Positions 59,442-64,000 of a stretch of 64,000 bases of DNA are shown here, piece after piece. The notes under the pieces were generated by a model that did no database searches, had not been told where the DNA came from, and saw only the letters and a list, made by a program, of their open reading frames with translations. Source of the stretch: Bacteroidales bacterium (lineage in GTDB: Bacteria > Bacteroidota > Bacteroidia > Bacteroidales > UBA12077); NCBI GenBank assembly GCA_028282585.1, contig JANQHR010000049.1, positions 20,626 to 84,625 on the forward strand, read 5' to 3'. Within the stretch, counting starts at the first letter, position 1; every line of letters begins with the position of its first letter. The position numbers and the translations under genes were made by a program.

Positions 59442-61553
59442 TTGGAAAAGAAAATAGGCGTATATATATGTTCGGGATGTGAAATTGGAAAAAGCATAGA
59501 TATTGAAAAACTTAGCCAAATTGCTTCAGAACAAAATGTTACCATTTGTAAAAATCATTCATCACTCTGCTCTATTGAAGGTTTTGATTTAATCAGCAGT
59601 GACATTGCAAATGAGAATATTGATAGAGTAATTATTGCAGCATGTTCTCCAAGGTTAAAAACAGAAGTTTTTGATTTCCCTGAAAATGTTTTACTTGATA
59701 GAGCAAATATTCGTGAGCAGGTTGCCTGGAGCATGGAACCAAATGAAGAAGATACTCAAATGGCAGCAGAAGATTGCCTTCGAATGTCAATCGCAAAAGT
59801 AGCCAACACAGAAATCCCGAATCCATTTATTGCTGATAATATAAGTTCCGATATTTTAGTTGTTGGAGGAGGAATTACTGGGATAACTGCCGCCATTGAT
59901 GGAGCGAAAGCTGGTTATAAAGTGCATATCATCGAAAAAGAAGAAAAGCTTGGAGGTTGGCTAAATAAACTTCACAAACAAATACCGTATGCAGCACCAT
60001 ATAGTGAATTAATCAATCCGGAAATTGAAGATAAGATTAAGGAACTTGAAAAACTTGATAATATTCAAATTCATACATCAACAACAATTAAAGAAATTTC
60101 CGGGCAACCGGGGCATTTTGAAGTTCAATTATTAAATGGCAAAGAAGAGAAAGTTATAGTTGGCTCAATTGTTACAGCAACAGGTTGGCAAGCGTACGAT
60201 GCAAATAAATTATCTTACTTAGGGTATGGTAACCCTAAAGTGCTTACCAATGTCGAATTTGAAGAATTTGTAAAAAATAATCCTGGTAAAGAATTTCCAA
60301 AGAATATTTTATTTATTCAATGTGCAGGGTCAAGAGATAAAGGCCATCTACCCTATTGTTCTGCATTCTGTTGTGCAACCAGCTTAAAACAAGCCAAATA
60401 CATTCGCGATTTAAGCCCTGAATCCAACGTATTTGTAGTTTATAAAGATATTCGCACTCTAGGTTTATATGAAGAATTTTACAAGGAAATTCAAAAGGAT
60501 GATCAAATCTTTTTTACAAAAGGTGAAATTGAAAAAGTAATTCCGGAAAAAAATAATATTTCAGTTCAGGTAAAAGATACATTAATTGGTGAAGATATTT
60601 CTTTATCAGTTGATATGTTAGTTTTAGCAACAGGAATGATTCCAAACGGAACTGAAGATTTAAACTTGAATTACCGTTTAGGTAAGGGGTTGCCTGAACT
60701 AAAATATAATTTCTCTGATTCGCACTTTATTTGTTTCCCTTACGAAACAAGAAGAACTGGAATCTATGCTGCTGGAAGTTTAAGGGAGCCTATGAATATT
60801 GCATCCAGTAAATCAGATGCAAGCGGTGCTATGCTTAAAGCAATACAAACCATTCAAGCAACCAAACGTGGCGAAGCCGTTCACCCCCGCTCCGGAGATA
60901 AATCATACCCGGACTTATTCCTTGACCGCTGTACTGACTGTAAACGTTGTACCGAAGAATGCCCATTTGGGTCTTATGATGAAAATGAAAAGGGTACTCC
61001 CCTTCCAAACCCAAACAGGTGCCGCCGTTGCGGAATTTGTCTAGGCTCATGCCCTGAACGGGTTATTAATTTTGCTGACTATTCTATCAATAGTATTTCT
61101 GCTATGATTAAATCAGTAGAAGTCCCGGATGAATTTGAAGAAAAACCAAGAATTCTGGTATTTGTATGCGAAAACGATGCTTATCCGGCTATGGACATGG
61201 CTGCTCAAAAAGGATTAAAATATAGCCCCTTTGTAAGAGTTATTCCTGTTCGCTGTTTAGGTTCTATTAATAAAGTTTGGATTTCGGATGCCCTTTCAAA
61301 AGGGTATGATGGCATTTTACAAATCGGTTGTAAACCAGGCGATGATTACCAATGCCATTTTATACATGGAAGTGAGTTAACTGAAACGCGTGGTGAAAAT
61401 ATTCAGGAAACACTGGAAACCATGATGTTAGAGCCAGAAAGAATTAAAACAGAATTTGTAGAAATAACAGATTATGATAAGATTCCGAAAATCATTAATG
61501 ATTATGTGGAAGATATTGAACTGATTGGGCCGAATCCTTTTAAAGAACTTTAA
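59442..61553 (+). CDS. qmoB: QmoB (HdrA-like with C-terminal MvhD-like domain)
   Basis: GVYICSGC, AACSPR, SHFICFPYETRRTG, CTDCKRCTEECP, CRRCGICLGSCP, CENDAYP..VRCLGS..DYQCHF. TTG start. Confidence 0.93.
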   Translation: MEKKIGVYICSGCEIGKSIDIEKLSQIASEQNVTICKNHSSLCSIEGFDLISSDIANENIDRVIIAACSPRLKTEVFDFPENVLLDRANIREQVAWSMEPNEEDTQMAAEDCLRMSIAKVANTEIPNPFIADNISSDILVVGGGITGITAAIDGAKAGYKVHIIEKEEKLGGWLNKLHKQIPYAAPYSELINPEIEDKIKELEKLDNIQIHTSTTIKEISGQPGHFEVQLLNGKEEKVIVGSIVTATGWQAYDANKLSYLGYGNPKVLTNVEFEEFVKNNPGKEFPKNILFIQCAGSRDKGHLPYCSAFCCATSLKQAKYIRDLSPESNVFVVYKDIRTLGLYEEFYKEIQKDDQIFFTKGEIEKVIPEKNNISVQVKDTLIGEDISLSVDMLVLATGMIPNGTEDLNLNYRLGKGLPELKYNFSDSHFICFPYETRRTGIYAAGSLREPMNIASSKSDASGAMLKAIQTIQATKRGEAVHPRSGDKSYPDLFLDRCTDCKRCTEECPFGSYDENEKGTPLPNPNRCRRCGICLGSCPERVINFADYSINSISAMIKSVEVPDEFEEKPRILVFVCENDAYPAMDMAAQKGLKYSPFVRVIPVRCLGSINKVWISDALSKGYDGILQIGCKPGDDYQCHFIHGSELTETRGENIQETLETMMLEPERIKTEFVEITDYDKIPKIINDYVEDIELIGPNPFKEL

Positions 61554-61591
61554 TTTAAGATTTAAAACTTGAAATTTGAAATAAAAAAATC

Positions 61592-61644
61592 ACCGCAAAG
61601 GCACAAAGGCGCTAAGAATCTCTGCGACTCGGCGCCTTAGCGGT
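61592..61644. repeat. REP-like imperfect palindrome
   Basis: ACCGCAAAGGCACAAAGGCGCTAAG...CTCTGCGACTCGGCGCCTTAGCGGT, a GC-rich intergenic IR. Confidence 0.55.
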
Positions 61645-61731
61645 TAAAATGAATAGAAATTCAAAGGAAGCAATTGTTAGCATTTAGCTTTATGACTGAG
61701 ATCTGAAACCTGAAACCTGAAATCCTTAACT

Positions 61732-62826
61732 ATGATAAATATACAGCCAGATATTAAATTCAAAAAGCAACTTAAAGAGGTTAGCAAAAGTTCATTAAAC
61801 GAATGTATGCAATGTGGAACATGTTCTGTTGTTTGTTCTCTTGCACCGGAAGAAAAGCCTTTTCCACGTAAAGAGATGATTTGGGCTGGTTGGGGAATGA
61901 AAGACAAGCTAATTGGAAATACGGATATTTGGCTATGCCACCAGTGTGGCGATTGTAGTACGTATTGCCCACGGGGAGTTAAGCCTGCCGATGTTTTCTC
62001 TGCAGTTCGTGAAATATCATACCAGCATTATGCTAAACCAAAATTTTTAGGAAAAATTTTAAATAACCCGAAATGGTTGCCAATTGCAATATTAATACCA
62101 ATAATAATCATTTCAACAATATTATATTTAGCAGGAACTTTACAAATTCCTGAAGGCCCAGTTAATTATTCTAAGTTTTTTCCGCATGTATGGTTAAACA
62201 GCTCATTTACTTTTTTATCGTTTCTAACTATAGCTTTAGGAATAGCCGGGTTAAGAAACTTCTGGAAAGATTTAAGATTACAATATCCTGATTTTAAACC
62301 ATCTGGTAGTTTCATTAAACATTTATTCTCAATACGAAAAGAAATAATTCTTCATTCGAATTTTAGTAAATGCTCAAATAAAAAATCAAGAAAAATTGCC
62401 CACCTTCTGGTATTTTATGGATTTATACTATTGCTATTCGTTACTGCATTTGCCATATATGCTGCAATAGTTCACAAATATCCATTAGCTATAACAAATC
62501 CATTCAAAATTTTAGGCAATGTAGCTGCCATGATGCTATTAATTGGATTAGGCATAATGATTATGAATCGAATATTTGATAGAAAGGATTTTGGAAATAG
62601 TACCTATGCTGACTGGTTATTTTTAATTTCCATGTTTTTGCTAACCATATCAGGAGTTGTAGTGCAGGCAGCAAGATTTTTAGATTGGGGCATAGCTTAC
62701 CATCTTTATTTCTTCCACCTTATTTGCGTATGGTTTATAATTATTTACCTGCCATATACCAAATTTGGGCATTTGTTGTACAGGGTTGTTGCTATGGTAT
62801 TTGCTGCTTCAGCCGGAAGAAAATAA
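61732..62826 (+). CDS. qmoC: QmoC (HdrC-like Fe-S domain plus heme b membrane domain)
   Basis: CMQCGTCSVVC, PFPRKEMIWA.WG, WLCHQCGDCSTYCPRG, TM His residues (AHLLVFYGF, FFHL, PYTKFGH). Confidence 0.93.
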   Translation: MINIQPDIKFKKQLKEVSKSSLNECMQCGTCSVVCSLAPEEKPFPRKEMIWAGWGMKDKLIGNTDIWLCHQCGDCSTYCPRGVKPADVFSAVREISYQHYAKPKFLGKILNNPKWLPIAILIPIIIISTILYLAGTLQIPEGPVNYSKFFPHVWLNSSFTFLSFLTIALGIAGLRNFWKDLRLQYPDFKPSGSFIKHLFSIRKEIILHSNFSKCSNKKSRKIAHLLVFYGFILLLFVTAFAIYAAIVHKYPLAITNPFKILGNVAAMMLLIGLGIMIMNRIFDRKDFGNSTYADWLFLISMFLLTISGVVVQAARFLDWGIAYHLYFFHLICVWFIIIYLPYTKFGHLLYRVVAMVFAASAGRK

Positions 62827-62844
62827 TTAATAATAAAATTAATT

Positions 62845-63216
62845 CTAATCATCCTCATATTCGATATATTTTGCCTTTGTTCTTCTTAAACTGTGATAAA
62901 TCATTTCTCCAAACTCAAGCATATCCGAATCATCAATTTCGTAATACCAATTCATATCAACTTTTTTGATCTTGGAATTATTATCAATTAGTTTTAACAA
63001 TTCTATGATTCTTTTTGAAGATGAAGTATTTACATATTCTAACTTTATTTGAATATCCACCTGTTCAGAATCAAGTTCATTTATCCATTTAAACAAAGGA
63101 TCGAAAAATTTTTTTGGGTCCTCTGGTAAAGATCTTCCTTTAATACTCAAATGACCGGATTGCTTAAAATTTATTTCTGGTGTTGAATTTGTATAATTTA
63201 TATATAAATCTTCCAT
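62845..63216 (-). CDS. DUF1987 / SiaC family protein
   Basis: TPEI.F, GRSLPED...FF.P...W, LEY.NTSSSK, WYYE.DD.DMLE.GE. Confidence 0.85.
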   Translation of the reverse strand: MEDLYINYTNSTPEINFKQSGHLSIKGRSLPEDPKKFFDPLFKWINELDSEQVDIQIKLEYVNTSSSKRIIELLKLIDNNSKIKKVDMNWYYEIDDSDMLEFGEMIYHSLRRTKAKYIEYEDD

Positions 63217-63426
63217 TTACTTTTCTTATAAAACAATTAATAACAAGTTTAACTTATTAATATCGCAACTTAAGCTTTAATACAAGATACGTAATCTAAA
63301 AAAACTTAACAAATGACTTATTGATTTTTTTGACGAAAAATATCAGTTAATTTTTCCACATTAAGTTTAGCTAATTAAGAAGTTATTTTAAACGATCATT
63401 TATTATTAGGCTTCATGAAATTACTT

Positions 63427-64000
63427 TTAAACTATAGTCGGTAGATGTATCTCCACTCTTGTGCCCTTTGGGCTCCCGAAGATATCGCGTTTATCGATAT
63501 ACTCTATTTTCATTTCTTTGTTATATAAAGTATTTGCAATATCCAGTCTTTTTTCTGTGATCTTTGTTCCTAAAGATTTATGTGTAATGTTTTTTTTCTT
63601 CCGTATTTTTCTTGCTGCTTCCCTTCCTACTCCATTATCATCAACTATACAGCATAAAGATTCATTTATAATCTTTATTTCTATATTTATTTTTCCTTTT
63701 TCATCTTTTTTATTACATATTCCATGAAGAATTGCATTCTCAACAAAGGGTTGGATTAATAAGGTAGGTATTTTATAATCTAAAACCTCATCTTCAAAGT
63801 TTATGTTATACTCAAACTTGTCTTCAAACCTTAGCAGTTCTAAATCCAGATATAACTGCAAAGCTTCCAGCTCTTTTTCAATGGGTATTGTTTGATGCTG
63901 AGAATTATCAAGTGTTAGCCTCATTAATTTGGAAAACCGGGTAAGGTATTTATTCGAAGCTTCTTTGTTATTTTCATAAATAAAGCATTGAATAGAATTC
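63427..64000 (-). CDS. LytS/YehU-type sensor histidine kinase, C-terminal part (5' truncated)
   Basis: Frame open to the window end (NSIQCFI...RFSKLMR); ELE.L..YL.LE..RF, IQPFVENAILHG, DNGVG, GTRVEI. Confidence 0.88.
   Translation of the reverse strand, partial: NSIQCFIYENNKEASNKYLTRFSKLMRLTLDNSQHQTIPIEKELEALQLYLDLELLRFEDKFEYNINFEDEVLDYKIPTLLIQPFVENAILHGICNKKDEKGKINIEIKIINESLCCIVDDNGVGREAARKIRKKKNITHKSLGTKITEKRLDIANTLYNKEMKIEYIDKRDIFGSPKGTRVEIHLPTIV

Noticed and set aside
62845-63216. SiaABCD-like signalling system
   Set aside because: Only a lone SiaC/DUF1987 gene is visible, and such genes are common in Bacteroidales.
2336-63727. Numerous 60-160 aa ORFs antisense or out of frame within long genes
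   Set aside because: Shadow ORFs of well-supported CDSs with no motifs of their own.

Overview
AT-rich chromosomal segment that looks like an anaerobic Bacteroidota (probably Bacteroidales). The assignment is inferred from repeated TAnnTTTG (-7) promoter motifs, AT-rich leaders with no clear Shine-Dalgarno, the yicC-gmk-nadD operon and NtrC/HK/MacB-permease modules. Left to right the window holds: a partial MATE transporter; a ~600-nt gene-free, highly structured minus-strand transcription unit (candidate large ncRNA); housekeeping genes; two paralogous sigma54 two-component/ABC-permease modules; an amino-acid fermentation cluster (ADP-forming acyl-CoA ligase, small membrane protein, porin, Na+ symporter, flavodoxin, aminotransferase, 4-subunit 2-oxoacid:ferredoxin oxidoreductase); an active plus catalytically dead FabH-like pair; an orphan HydE-like radical SAM gene; a liuBCD-atuA-acyl-CoA dehydrogenase cluster; a proline-peptidase/hydroxyproline locus with both HypD (4-Hyp, glycyl radical) and a Cys/Thr-type 3-Hyp dehydratase; and a complete aprBA-qmoABC operon under a Bacteroidota-type promoter with no adjacent sat or dsr. 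I saw no rRNA, tRNA, CRISPR array or transposase. All calls come from reading motifs by eye; no database searches or folding programs were run.
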